Assembly (NCBI GenBank): GCA_963769025.1
Contig: CAVYKI010000003.1
Location: 512,001 to 576,000, forward strand
Source: an uncultured Verrucomicrobiae bacterium
GTDB lineage: Bacteria; Verrucomicrobiota; Verrucomicrobiia; Chthoniobacterales; Chthoniobacteraceae
Direction: 5' to 3'
DNA: 64,000 bases
In this document: positions 1 through 9,194 of the stretch, in pieces
Layout: each line of letters starts with the position of its first letter
How positions within the stretch are numbered: the stretch's first letter is position 1
The notes under the pieces: model-generated
Seen by the model: only the letters and a program-made list of their open reading frames with translations
Told to the model about the DNA's origin: nothing
Databases searched by the model: none
Program-made: the position numbers and the translations under genes

Positions 1-257
1 AACGACGCGTGGCCGATCCAAGTCACACCCATTTGTCCGTTGGTCAGCTCGGGAAATTGCGGAGTCACCACCTGTCCGGCGCGGCGCCGGAACAGCGACG
101 GGAGCAGCACACCCGTGAGGAAATTCCGCTTCCCCCATCCGCCCTTCGGCTTCAGCCCGACCTTATGCGCACCTGCGTCGGGGTGATGGTGCCCGTTGGC
201 AGACTTCTGAATACTCGCCTTGGGAGGCTTCGCTTTTCGGATGAAAAGTCGTGGCAC
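1..257 (-). CDS. Metallo-beta-lactamase-fold hydrolase, N-terminal part (runs off the window edge)
   Basis: Manual translation from GTG at 257 is open to the edge: MPRLFIRKAK...QFPELTNGQMGVTWIGHAS. VTWIGHAS is the typical first strand of MBL-fold (Lactamase_B_2/3) proteins. Absent from the ORF track because it has no stop in the window. Confidence 0.7.
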   Translation of the reverse strand, partial: MPRLFIRKAKPPKASIQKSANGHHHPDAGAHKVGLKPKGGWGKRNFLTGVLLPSLFRRRAGQVVTPQFPELTNGQMGVTWIGHAS

Positions 258-323
258 GGTTTGAAGAATAGGGTCTTCGGGATTCAGCGCAATTCTTTCG
301 TTCGGTCGGCGGGATCAGGCTAT

Positions 324-893
324 ATGCCAACTGTCATGCGTTCCAAAATCGAAGTCCGCCGGGACATCAGCGCCATCCTCCGGTTCCCGCCGGATGTCCG
401 TGCCGAAAAAAGCACCCGGCTGTGCGCGGCGATCGCGGATTCGGCTGCGTGGCAGGCAGCACGGGCGGTTGCGATTTTTGCGCCGCAGGCGCGCGAGCCC
501 GATGTGGAGATGCTCTGGGCCCGCGCGAGTGGGAAATCCATCGCCTACCCACGCGTCGCGGACGACCGCCTCGATCTCTACCGCGCTGAGTCCCTCTACG
601 ATCTCGCCCCCGGATCCTTCGGAGTCCGCGAGCCCGCGGCGAATCCCGCGCACGCCGTCGCTCCCGACACGCTCGATCTCATCCTCGTGCCGGGCGTTGC
701 ATTTTCACCGGGCGGCGCGCGGCTCGGGCGCGGCGGCGGATACTACGATCGGCTGCTCGCCTCGCTGCCGGCGCACACCTGCAAGATCGGCGTCTGCTTC
801 GACCCGCAAATTCTCGCCGAACTTCCCCTCGAACCGCACGACCAGCACGTGGATTTCATCGCGACCGAAGGCGGAATCCGGCCGGTCCGCTGA
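324..893 (+). CDS. ygfA: 5-formyltetrahydrofolate cyclo-ligase
   Basis: Motifs LDLILVPGVAF, RLGRGGGYYDRLL and EPHDQHVD. Likely start is ATG 324 within ORF 9..893. Confidence 0.93.
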   Translation: MPTVMRSKIEVRRDISAILRFPPDVRAEKSTRLCAAIADSAAWQAARAVAIFAPQAREPDVEMLWARASGKSIAYPRVADDRLDLYRAESLYDLAPGSFGVREPAANPAHAVAPDTLDLILVPGVAFSPGGARLGRGGGYYDRLLASLPAHTCKIGVCFDPQILAELPLEPHDQHVDFIATEGGIRPVR

Positions 894-896
894 GCC

Positions 897-1287
897 TCAC
901 GAATTCTTCGCCGGCAGCCTTCATCTCGAACCGCGGGATGCGCACCAGCACCGGCAACACCTTCTTCCGTCGTTCCGATGTAGGCACCCTCCGCCACGCT
1001 GTCCGAGCCGATCGTGTGGTAGCTGTTGTAGGAAAAATGTTCGCCCGGTTCGAGCCGCGGAAATTTTCCCACCACGCCGTCGCCCTCGACCACCTGCGTG
1101 TCGCCGCCCGCATCCGTCACCACCCACTTCCGGCCCTTGATGGTCACCGTCTCGTCCGAGTCGTTGTGGATCGTGATGAAATACACGAACGGAAACGGCC
1201 GCTCCTCCGGCGCCTGGAGCTGCGGCATGAACGTCACCCGTCCACCGTCACGCGGAGACCGTCGAGTTCGGCAATGGAGTTCGACAT
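897..1287 (-). CDS. apaG: ApaG-domain protein (frameshifted)
   Basis: FVYFITIHN, RKWVVTD, VEGDGVVGKFPRLEPGEHFSYNS and RIPRFEM. ATG at 1287 (MSNSIAELDGLRVTVD); indels near 1240 and 950. 3' end approximate. Confidence 0.85.
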
Positions 1288-1488
1288 CTGCGCCGAGAAT
1301 AGTCCCGTGCTCCGCCTACGCGAGGCCGAACTCCGCGGCAAATCCTCAAATCATCCCGTCGCAGGGCTCAGTCCCGCAGCCAGACTGTCGTTTCGGGTAG
1401 GATTGCGCGTGGGATTGGGATTAAGAAGGAGCGCACCGCCCGCCCGCCGTTTCCTCATCACGCCCGACCTTCACCGCACCACCCCGCC

Positions 1489-2309
1489 ATGAATCTTCCC
1501 GTCGTCCTCACCATCGCCGGCTCCGACAACAGCGCAGGCGCGGGCGCGCAGGCGGATCTCAAGACCATCAGCGCGCTCGGCGGATACGGCGTCACCGCCA
1601 TCACCTGCGTCGTCGCCGAGGTGCCGGGAAAAGTCAGCGCCGTGCATGCCATCCCGCCCGCGATTCGTCGCCGAGCAGATCCGCCTGCTCTTCGGTGCGT
1701 TCCCCATCGGTGCGATCAAGACCGGCATGCTCTACTCGACCGGAATCATCGACACCGTCGCCGACACGCTCGATCAGTTCCGCGCTCAGAATCCGGAGTC
1801 CAAAATCCCGCTCATCGTGGATCCCGTCATGGTCGCCACGAGCGGCGACCCGCTGCTGCTCCCCGATGCCGTCGCGCTCTACCGCGAGCGCCTCTTTCCC
1901 GCCGCAACCCTCGTCACGCCAAATCTCGACGAAGTCCGCACGCTCACCGGCCGCGACCATCACCAGCATCGCCGAAATGCGCGAAGCCGGCCTCGAACTC
2001 GCCGCACGTCACGGCACCGCATTCCTCGTCAAAGGCGGCCACCTGCGCGAAGCCGTCGCCACCGACCTCCTCGTACTGCCCGACGGCACCGTCCACACCT
2101 TCGAGGCCCCATTCGTCCCCGGCGTGAACACCCACGGCACCGGCTGCACCTACAGCGCCGCCATCGCCACCGGCCTCGCACGCGGACTCGACCTCCCCGC
2201 CGCAGTCGGCGAGGCGAAAAAGTTCGTCACCGCCGCCATTAAGAATTTTCTCCGCTGGGAGCGGGACGGCCGCACCACCGACGCGCTGCATCACTTTGCG
2301 AAAGGCTGA
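1489..2309 (+). CDS. thiD: Hydroxymethylpyrimidine/phosphomethylpyrimidine kinase (two frameshifts)
   Basis: VLTIAGSDNSAGAGAQADLKT, IKTGML, VDPVMVATSG, TPNLDE, VKGGH and THGTGCTYSAAI spread across three frames. Confidence 0.93.
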
Positions 2310-2322
2310 AAAGACTCCCCCC

Positions 2323-3828
2323 ATGAACCTCACCTGCACCACCGAATCCCTCCTCAAGCGTACCACCTCGCGCTGCCCCGTGTGCCATGCTTCGGTGCCC
2401 GCCGAGGTTTGGAAGGTGAGCGAGGGCTGTGGCGGGGATTCCGCCGCGCCGGCCGCGCGCGTCTTTCTCCGCCGCACCTGCCCCGAGCATGGAAAGGCCG
2501 AGGCGTGCATCGCGAGCGACGCGCGCTTCTACTGGCTCGCCCAGGGCGACCCGAAGAACCAGTGCTGTGGCGGCACCTGCCACGCCGCCGAGGGCGACGC
2601 CACCGGCACGCTCGGCCGCAACGCCTCCGCCTCTCAACCCTCAACCCTCAACTCTCAACCAGCCGCCGAGCGGCTCAGCACCTGCCTCGCGCTGATCGAG
2701 ATCGTGAATTCCTGCAACCTCGCCTGCCCCACGTGCTACGCGGATTCGCCCATGGGCGCCGGTGGCACTGTGGACGCCGTGCCGCTCGCCGACGTGCAGC
2801 GGCGCATCCAGGGCGTGATTGACCGCAAGGGCCGCATCGAAATCCTCCAGCTCTCCGGCGGCGAGCCGACGCTGCATCCGCAGTTCTTCGAACTGCTCGC
2901 GTGGCTGCACGCGCACCCCGGCATTGACTACGTGCTGCTGAACACCAACGGCGTCCGCATCGCGAACGACGACGCATTCCTCGACTCGCTCGGGAAGACA
3001 TTCCGCGCGGGAAAATTCCAGCTCTACCTGCAATTCGACGGCGTGCAGGAAGCCGCGCAGCGCGCCCTCCGCGGCGGCGATCTGCGCGAGATGCGCAAGC
3101 GCGCCATCGAGCGCTGCGGCACGCTGAACATCCCCATCACCCTCGCGATGACGGTGACGCCGGAAAACCTCCCGCACCTGTGGGACACGGTGGAGTTCGG
3201 CCTCGGCTTCGACCACGTGCGCGGCGTGAGCTTCCAGCCGATGTTCACCGAGCGGACGCGACTCCGAGCCTCTCAACTCGTCCAAGGCGCGCATCAACCG
3301 GCTCAACTCGATCTCAACACCGCCGACGTCATCCTCGCCCTCGTCGCCCAGTCCGCAGTCCCGCCTCCGCTTCGAGGACTTCACCCCGCTGCCCTGCGGC
3401 GATCCGAACTGCGCGACCATCGGCTACCTTTTGAAAATCGGCGGCACCGGCGGGCAGACGCGCTCGATCAGCGACTTCGTGGACTTCCGCCAGGTGCAGG
3501 ATTTCCTCCGCGACAAAGTCCGCTACACCCCCGAAGACCTCGCCCGCTGCGGCTGCGAAAGCGAACCCCTCGGCGAACTGCTGCACGAGCTGGAGACGGG
3601 AATGCGGAGTGCGGAACGCGGAGCGGGGATTGATGGCGCTGCCTCGGATTCCGCATTCCGCACTCCGCACTCCGCACTCGCCGCTCGGCCTTCCGCCTTT
3701 TCATCAAGCCCTTCATGGACGCGTGGACGTGGGACGAAGACCGCATCGACCGCTGCTGCACGCACGTCATCCGCCCGGATGGGAAGCTGGATTCGTTCTG
3801 CCGATACTACAGCACACAGCGCGGATGA
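2323..3828 (+). CDS. Radical SAM protein (MJ0619/COG1964-like; frameshifted)
   Basis: CNLACPTC cluster motif, LSGGEPTLHP, LNTNG and YLQFDG; N-terminal CPVC...CPEHG; C-terminal FMDAWTWDEDRIDRCCTHVIRPDGKLDSFCRYY with TGA at 3826-3828. Confidence 0.88.
3601..3677. repeat. Inverted heptamer array inside the radical SAM CDS
   Basis: AATGCGG AGTGCGG AACGCGG ... ATTCCGC ATTCCGC ACTCCGC ACTCCGC; the two arms are approximately complementary. Confidence 0.8.
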
Positions 3829-3940
3829 AAAAGCTCAGGCCAACTCTACTCGGAGCGGCGCAACGACGCGTAGCGTCCGCCCCAATAATAGCCCTGAGCC
3901 CCGACCGCATGGGAAGCTGGATTCATTCTGCCGATACCAC
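3779..3940 (+). repeat. 32-bp direct repeat duplicating the radical SAM 3' end
   Basis: ATGGGAAGCTGGATTCGTTCTGCCGATACTAC (3779-3810) versus ATGGGAAGCTGGATTCATTCTGCCGATACCAC (3909-3940), 2 mismatches. Confidence 0.9.
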
Positions 3941-3954
3941 TCGCGTCCAAGTTT

Positions 3955-4269
3955 ATGAAAGGGAAATTTCCGAACGTCAGATGGTTGACGCTCTTTTTTC
4001 TACCTGCGCTGATCGGCGTTCTCATTATGCTCTCAAGCCCAAAAGTCCGCGCTGCGACTATCTGTCTGTGGCTGCTTTTGTCGGCCTGCTACTTTTTCGT
4101 GTTGTTGCTTGTCTATTGCGTAAGGAACGAGCAACGCGGGATTGAACTCGCGGTCTATTCCGTTGTGGGGACTTTGTCTTTGTTGTCCGCGAACTTTTTC
4201 GTGTGCCTCACGCTCTACTACGCAGGCTGCGCGTGTGCGGCGTCGGGGATCGGCCGGATCGCTCCTTGA
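3955..4269 (+). CDS. Small hydrophobic membrane protein (about 3 TM segments), unknown function
   Basis: 104-aa ORF with three hydrophobic stretches, visibly AT-richer than its flanks; its stop overlaps the TTG start of the next gene. Confidence 0.65.
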   Translation: MKGKFPNVRWLTLFFLPALIGVLIMLSSPKVRAATICLWLLLSACYFFVLLLVYCVRNEQRGIELAVYSVVGTLSLLSANFFVCLTLYYAGCACAASGIGRIAP

Positions 4270-4986
4270 AATCCTCCCCTTACAGCTGGCTGCTTCTCGT
4301 CGCCATCGCCGCGAGCCTTTTCACATGGACGCGGCTCGCGCGACGCGATCCCCGGCTGGTGATGATTTACGTCGCGGCGCTGCTCAGCGCGTTCATCGGG
4401 GCGAAGCTCGTCTATGTGCTCGCCGAGGGCTGGCTCGACTGGCCGCTGCCCGACCGCTGGCTCCGGCTCGCGACGGGCAAATCCGTGCTCGGCGCGCTGC
4501 TCGGCGGCTACGCCGGGGTGGAACTCGCGAAGCACGCGCTCGGCCACCGCGCCGCCACGGGCGATCTGTTCGCGCTGGTCGCGCCGCTCGGCATCGGGAT
4601 CGGCAGGATCGGCTGCCTGCTGCACGGCTGCTGCCTCGGCGAGCGCATGCGCGCCCGCGTGGTGGACGCTTCGCGATGCGCAGGGCGTCGCGCGCTGGCC
4701 CGCGGTGCCGTTGGAGCTGGCGTTCAACATCGCGGCCATCGTGATTTTCCTCCTCCTGCGCCGGCGCGGCTTGAAGGGAGTCCGCGACGGCCTGCGCGGC
4801 CAGCACTTCCACCTCTACCTCATCGCCTACGGCGCATTCCGTTTCGCGCACGAATGGATGCGCGCGACGCCGAAGATCGCCGGCGTGATCTCCGGCTACC
4901 AGCTAGCCGCGCTCGCGTGCGTGGCGCTCGGCGTGTGGGGATTCCGCCGACGCGCGCGGCTTGAGCGTGCAGCCGCCGCCCCGTAG
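4266..4986 (+). CDS. Prolipoprotein diacylglyceryl transferase (Lgt) family protein (frameshifted)
   Basis: GKSVLGALLGGY, IGIGRIGCLL.GCC.G, RWPAVPLE and Y..FRF..EWMR, with multiple TM segments. Confidence 0.8.
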
Positions 4987-4997
4987 CGTCCGCGCGA

Positions 4998-5762
4998 ATG
5001 GAGCTCCGGAAATTCAACGTCCTCGGCGTCGCGATGAGCGCGATGAATCTCGACATCGCCACGCAGGCCGTGCTCGAGGCATGCGCGGCGCGGCGCAAGG
5101 GCTACGTGTGCGTGACGGGCGTCCACGGCATCACCGAGGCGCAGTCGGACGGTGCATTCCGCCGCATTTTGAACGGTGCATTCCTCAACACCTGCGACGG
5201 CATGCCGCTCGTGTGGGAGGGCCGGCGCGCGCATGGCGCGTGGGTGGATCGCGTGTATGGGCCCGACCTCATGCTCCGCATCATGGACGCGACGCGCGAC
5301 GGAAAGCTCACGCACTACTTCTACGGCGGCGCGCCCGGCGTGGCCAACCAGCTCAAGGCTGCGATGGAGCCGCGCTTCCCCGGCGTGCGAATCCTCGGCA
5401 CGCATTGCCCGCCCTTTCGTCCGCTCGATGAAACGGAGCGCGCCGCACTCGCCGCGGAGATCGCGGAGAAAAAACCCGACCTGTTCTGGGTCGGGCTCAG
5501 CACGCCGAAGCAGGAGCGCTTCATGGCCGAGTTCCTCCCGCTGCTGGACACGACGGTGATGCTCGGCGTCGGCGCGGCGTTCGACTTCCACACGGGCCGC
5601 ATGAAGGAGGCCCCGCGCTGGATGATGCGCTGCGGCCTGCAATGGCTCCACCGCCTGTGCAGCGATCCGAAGCGACTGTGGCGGCGCTACGGCATCATCG
5701 TGCCGAGCTACCTCTTCCGCATTTTCCTCCAGCGCACCGGGCTGAAAAAATACCCGCTCTGA
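4998..5762 (+). CDS. WecB/TagA/CpsF-family glycosyltransferase
   Basis: DGMPLVW, RVYGPDLM, WVGLSTPKQE, GVGAAFDFHTG and GLQWLHRL. Confidence 0.92.
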   Translation: MELRKFNVLGVAMSAMNLDIATQAVLEACAARRKGYVCVTGVHGITEAQSDGAFRRILNGAFLNTCDGMPLVWEGRRAHGAWVDRVYGPDLMLRIMDATRDGKLTHYFYGGAPGVANQLKAAMEPRFPGVRILGTHCPPFRPLDETERAALAAEIAEKKPDLFWVGLSTPKQERFMAEFLPLLDTTVMLGVGAAFDFHTGRMKEAPRWMMRCGLQWLHRLCSDPKRLWRRYGIIVPSYLFRIFLQRTGLKKYPL

Positions 5763-5849
5763 GTTGCGCAGGCACTCTCCGCTTGCGCACGCGGGCGGAT
5801 TGCCGAGAGTTGCGGCCCTTTTCCAGACCCCGAACCCTTTCCAGACAGC

Positions 5850-6857
5850 ATGAACAAAGTCCTCGTTTGCGGCGCCGGCGGATTCATCGGCGGACACCTC
5901 GTGGCAGACCTCCGCCGCCAGGGCGTGAAGCACATCCGCGCCGTGGACCACAAGCCGGTCGGGCAGTGGTATCAGCGCTTCGACGACGTGGAAAATCTCC
6001 GGCTCGACCTGCAGGAAAAGGACGCCTGCGAGACGGCGGTGAAAGGCTGCGACTGGGTCTACAACCTCGCCGCGGACATGGGCGGAATGGGCTTCATCGA
6101 GCTGAACAAGGGCCTGTGCATGCTGAGCGTGCTCATCAACACGCACCTGCTCATGGCTGCGCGCAAGTGCGGCGGCGTCGAGCGGTTTTTCTACGCGTCG
6201 AGCGCGTGCGTTTATAACGCGGCGAAGCAGACCAACCCGAACATTACCGCGCTCGCCGAAGAGGACGCTTACCCGGCGATGCCCGAGGACGGCTACGGCT
6301 GGGAGAAGCTTTTCAGCGAGCGCATGTGCCGCCACTTTCGCGAGGACTTCGGCATCCAGACGCGCATCGCCCGCTACCACAATGTCTATGGCCCGAACGG
6401 CACCTACGACGGCGGACGCGAGAAGGCGCCCGCCGCAGTCTGCCGCAAGGTGATCGCCGCGAAGCTGGACGGGAAACACGAAATCGAAATCTGGGGCGAC
6501 GGGCAGCAGACGCGCTCGTTCATGTACATCGACGACTGCCTGCACGGCACGCAGATGCTCACGCGCTCGGATTTCATCGAGCCGATCAACATCGGCAGCT
6601 CGGAGAAAGTGAGCATCAACCAGCTCGTGGATCTCGTGGAGGAAATCGCGGGGATCAAACTTGAGCGCCGCTACAAGCTCGACGCGCCGAAGGGCGTCAA
6701 CGGACGGAACTCCGACAACACGCTGATCCAAAAAACATTCGGCTGGCAGCCGAACATCCGGCTGCGCGACGGCCTCGCAAAGACCTACGCATGGATCCAC
6801 GACGAGATGGTCTCCACGCGAAAGACCGGCCGCGCGAGCGTGGTGAACGTCGCGTAG
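5850..6857 (+). CDS. NAD-dependent epimerase, GDP-mannose 3,5-epimerase-like
   Basis: GAGGFIGG, LAADMGGMGFI, YASSACVY, PEDGYGWEKL and GGREKAPAA.CRK. Confidence 0.85.
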   Translation: MNKVLVCGAGGFIGGHLVADLRRQGVKHIRAVDHKPVGQWYQRFDDVENLRLDLQEKDACETAVKGCDWVYNLAADMGGMGFIELNKGLCMLSVLINTHLLMAARKCGGVERFFYASSACVYNAAKQTNPNITALAEEDAYPAMPEDGYGWEKLFSERMCRHFREDFGIQTRIARYHNVYGPNGTYDGGREKAPAAVCRKVIAAKLDGKHEIEIWGDGQQTRSFMYIDDCLHGTQMLTRSDFIEPINIGSSEKVSINQLVDLVEEIAGIKLERRYKLDAPKGVNGRNSDNTLIQKTFGWQPNIRLRDGLAKTYAWIHDEMVSTRKTGRASVVNVA

Positions 6858-6869
6858 CCGGCGACGGGA

Positions 6870-8244
6870 TCAGCGGACGAATTTTCCGGGATTCAGAATC
6901 CCCTTCGGGTCGAGCGCGGCCTTGAGCGCGGAGTGCGCGTCGCGACCGACCTTGTCCACGGCCTGCGACCACCATGGCTTCTTCGCGAGGCCGATGCCGT
7001 GCTCGCCGGTGATGACGCCGCCGATCTTCAGGATCCATGTGAAAAGCTCGTCGAGCGCGCGGTCCACCTTCGCCTTTACGCGGCGATCCCCGTGGTAGTT
7101 CGCGGCCATGATGTTCACGTGGATGTTTCCGTCGCCCGCGTGGCCGAAGCACGCGACCGGATAGCCGTATTTCTTCGCGAGGTGTTCGCCGAACTCGGCC
7201 AGCTCCACGAGCTTCCCGCGCGGGACGACGACATCCTCGTTGAGCTTCGTGAGCCCGGTTGCTTTGAGCGACGCGCTGTACGCGCGGCGCAGGCCCCAGA
7301 GCTTTTCGCATTCCTCCTCTCCGAATGCCGTGAGCACGCGGATCGTGTTGAGCTTGCGGAGCAGTTTCGCGAGCGCGGCGCACTCGCCTTTCACCGACTC
7401 CGCCTGGCCGTCGAGTTCGACCAGCACGAGCGACCTGCGCGCCGGGAGCGATCTCGCGGCCGAGAAATTCGCGCGCACTTTTCAACGTGAACGGGTCGGC
7501 GATCTCCATGGCGCACGGCAGGAAGCCCGCGGCGAAAATCCGCTGCACGGCATCCGCCGCCTCGCGGAAACTGCGGAAGCTCACGGCCAGCGTGGCGCGC
7601 GCGGGAGGATGCGGCAGCAGGCGCAGCGTCGCCTCCGTCACCACGCCGAGCAGCCCTTCGCTGCCGACGAACAGGCCCGCGAGATCGAAGCCCTGCTTGT
7701 TCTTGTGCGTGCGCCCGCCGCAGCGCAGCACGCGGCCGTCGGCGAGGACGACCTCGAGGCCGAGCACATAGTTGCGCGTCACGCCGTATTTCAGGCAGCG
7801 CGGCCCGCCGGCGTTCGTGGCGATATTGCCGCCGATGCTGCATTCCTTCAGCGACGCGGGATCGGGTGGATAGAAGAGCCCGACCTTGCGCACCTCCGCC
7901 TGAAGGTGGCCGGTGATCACGCCCGGCTGCACCACGGCGACGCCGTCGGAAAAATGGATCTCCTTGATGCGATTCATGCGCGCCACGCTCAGCGCGATGC
8001 CGCCGCGCACGGGCACGCAGCCGCCGACGTAGCCCACGCCGGAGCCGCGCGGCGTCACCGGGATGCCGTGGCGATTCGCGAAGCGCAGGGTTTTTTCCAC
8101 GTGCGCGCGCGTGCGCGCCAGCACCACGACGTCCGGATCCCGCGAGGCAAACCAGCGGTCAGCCGCATGCGCGGTGATCGTGGGCTTGTCGGTGAAGACA
8201 ACCCCGGGTCCCAGAATCCGAGCGAGCGAGGCTGCGGTGTTCAC
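6870..8244 (-). CDS. FAD-linked oxidase, GlcD/D-lactate dehydrogenase family (frameshifted near 7480)
   Basis: FYPPDPAS, IGGNIATNAGG, KYGVTRNYV, GSEGLLGVVT, GHAGDGNIH, GEHGIGLAK and LNPGK. Start uncertain (GTG 8244 or further upstream). Confidence 0.9.
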
Positions 8245-8378
8245 CGGGCGAAGGTGGTCACGGCCGTCGGCGAAGTTCCGCACGATGCCGATGAAATCGA
8301 CGGAAAACAGGAAACGCATGATGGACTTCTGATAACGCCGGCGATCAGCCGACGCAAGCTGCGGTCCGGTTGCGCCCG

Positions 8379-9098
8379 TCACCGCGGCGGGTTCGATGGC
8401 TTCAGCTCCTCCCCACCAAAGATGCGCCTGAGCACGTTTGGCTTGGGAGTTGGCGTCGGACGCGCCGCGCGACCGGCTGCGGGCTGGGAACGCCCGGCCG
8501 CAGGCGTACGGCCTGCAGCAGCAGTCCGGGACGAGGCGACGGATGCCGGCATTACCGAACTCAGGAATTCCGCCGAAGGCTCCTTTTCAAAGCCGTCGTG
8601 CGCCAGAATCTCGCCCTTGAGCGCGTGAATCGTCACGACGCCCAACTGGTCGCCAATGGGGTCCAGCACCGTCGCCCGCCAGACGGGAACATTCGCAGCC
8701 AGATCCTTCGCCATCTCGAAATTGAGTGACCCGACCTTGGCGCCGTTCGCCGCGGCAAAAAGCGCCGCGACTCGCGCGACGACGTCGGAATCGATCTTCA
8801 CCGCATCATTTCCCACGACATCAGCCGCGCTCACGGACTCGGCGAATTGCGACAGCTCGCGCGAAGCCACGACTCTGCCCCCGGCAACGACAAACTCACG
8901 CATCCCGTCCGCCAACACGGGATCATGCACGATGAAATACCACCGCTCCGGAGTGGCCACGGCGTCCCGGCCCTCGATACGGGCCAGCCGCTTCGCGGCG
9001 CCCTGGGGGATCAATTTGAGCGCACCGAGCGCAGTGCCATCGCCCTGGGCGCTGGCGACGGAAACAAATGCGAGAAAGAGAAAGCCACGGAAATTCAC
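8379..9098 (-). CDS. Secreted hypothetical protein
   Basis: Signal-peptide-like start VNFRGFLFLAFVSVASAQ, globular middle and Pro/Ala/Arg-rich tail; C-terminal part of ORF 8379..10874. Confidence 0.7.
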   Translation of the reverse strand: MNFRGFLFLAFVSVASAQGDGTALGALKLIPQGAAKRLARIEGRDAVATPERWYFIVHDPVLADGMREFVVAGGRVVASRELSQFAESVSAADVVGNDAVKIDSDVVARVAALFAAANGAKVGSLNFEMAKDLAANVPVWRATVLDPIGDQLGVVTIHALKGEILAHDGFEKEPSAEFLSSVMPASVASSRTAAAGRTPAAGRSQPAAGRAARPTPTPKPNVLRRIFGGEELKPSNPPR

Positions 9099-9194
9099 AG
9101 GCCTGCATCTTACCGGCTGCGGCGGCGTTTTCCAGAGATCATCCTCGCGGAAAATTTCTCGACGCCACGCGCGTGGCTCGCCCACGGTTGCGGC

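Noticed and set aside
1..323. 6S RNA upstream of ygfA
   Set aside because: The region reads as a divergent MBL-fold CDS, and no long closing stem was seen.
1489..2309. Programmed frameshifting in thiD and other split genes
   Set aside because: No consistent slippery sites; the indels are too widespread and are better explained as sequencing error.
3779..3940. DGR template/variable repeat or CRISPR repeat
   Set aside because: Only two 32-bp copies 130 bp apart. The two mismatches are not adenine-specific on one strand, and no reverse transcriptase or cas genes are present.
4896..6800. Long antisense ORFs (also 14354..17005, 27290..29266, 41309..42940 and others)
   Set aside because: Shadow ORFs of well-supported opposite-strand genes, expected in high-GC DNA; no motifs recognised.
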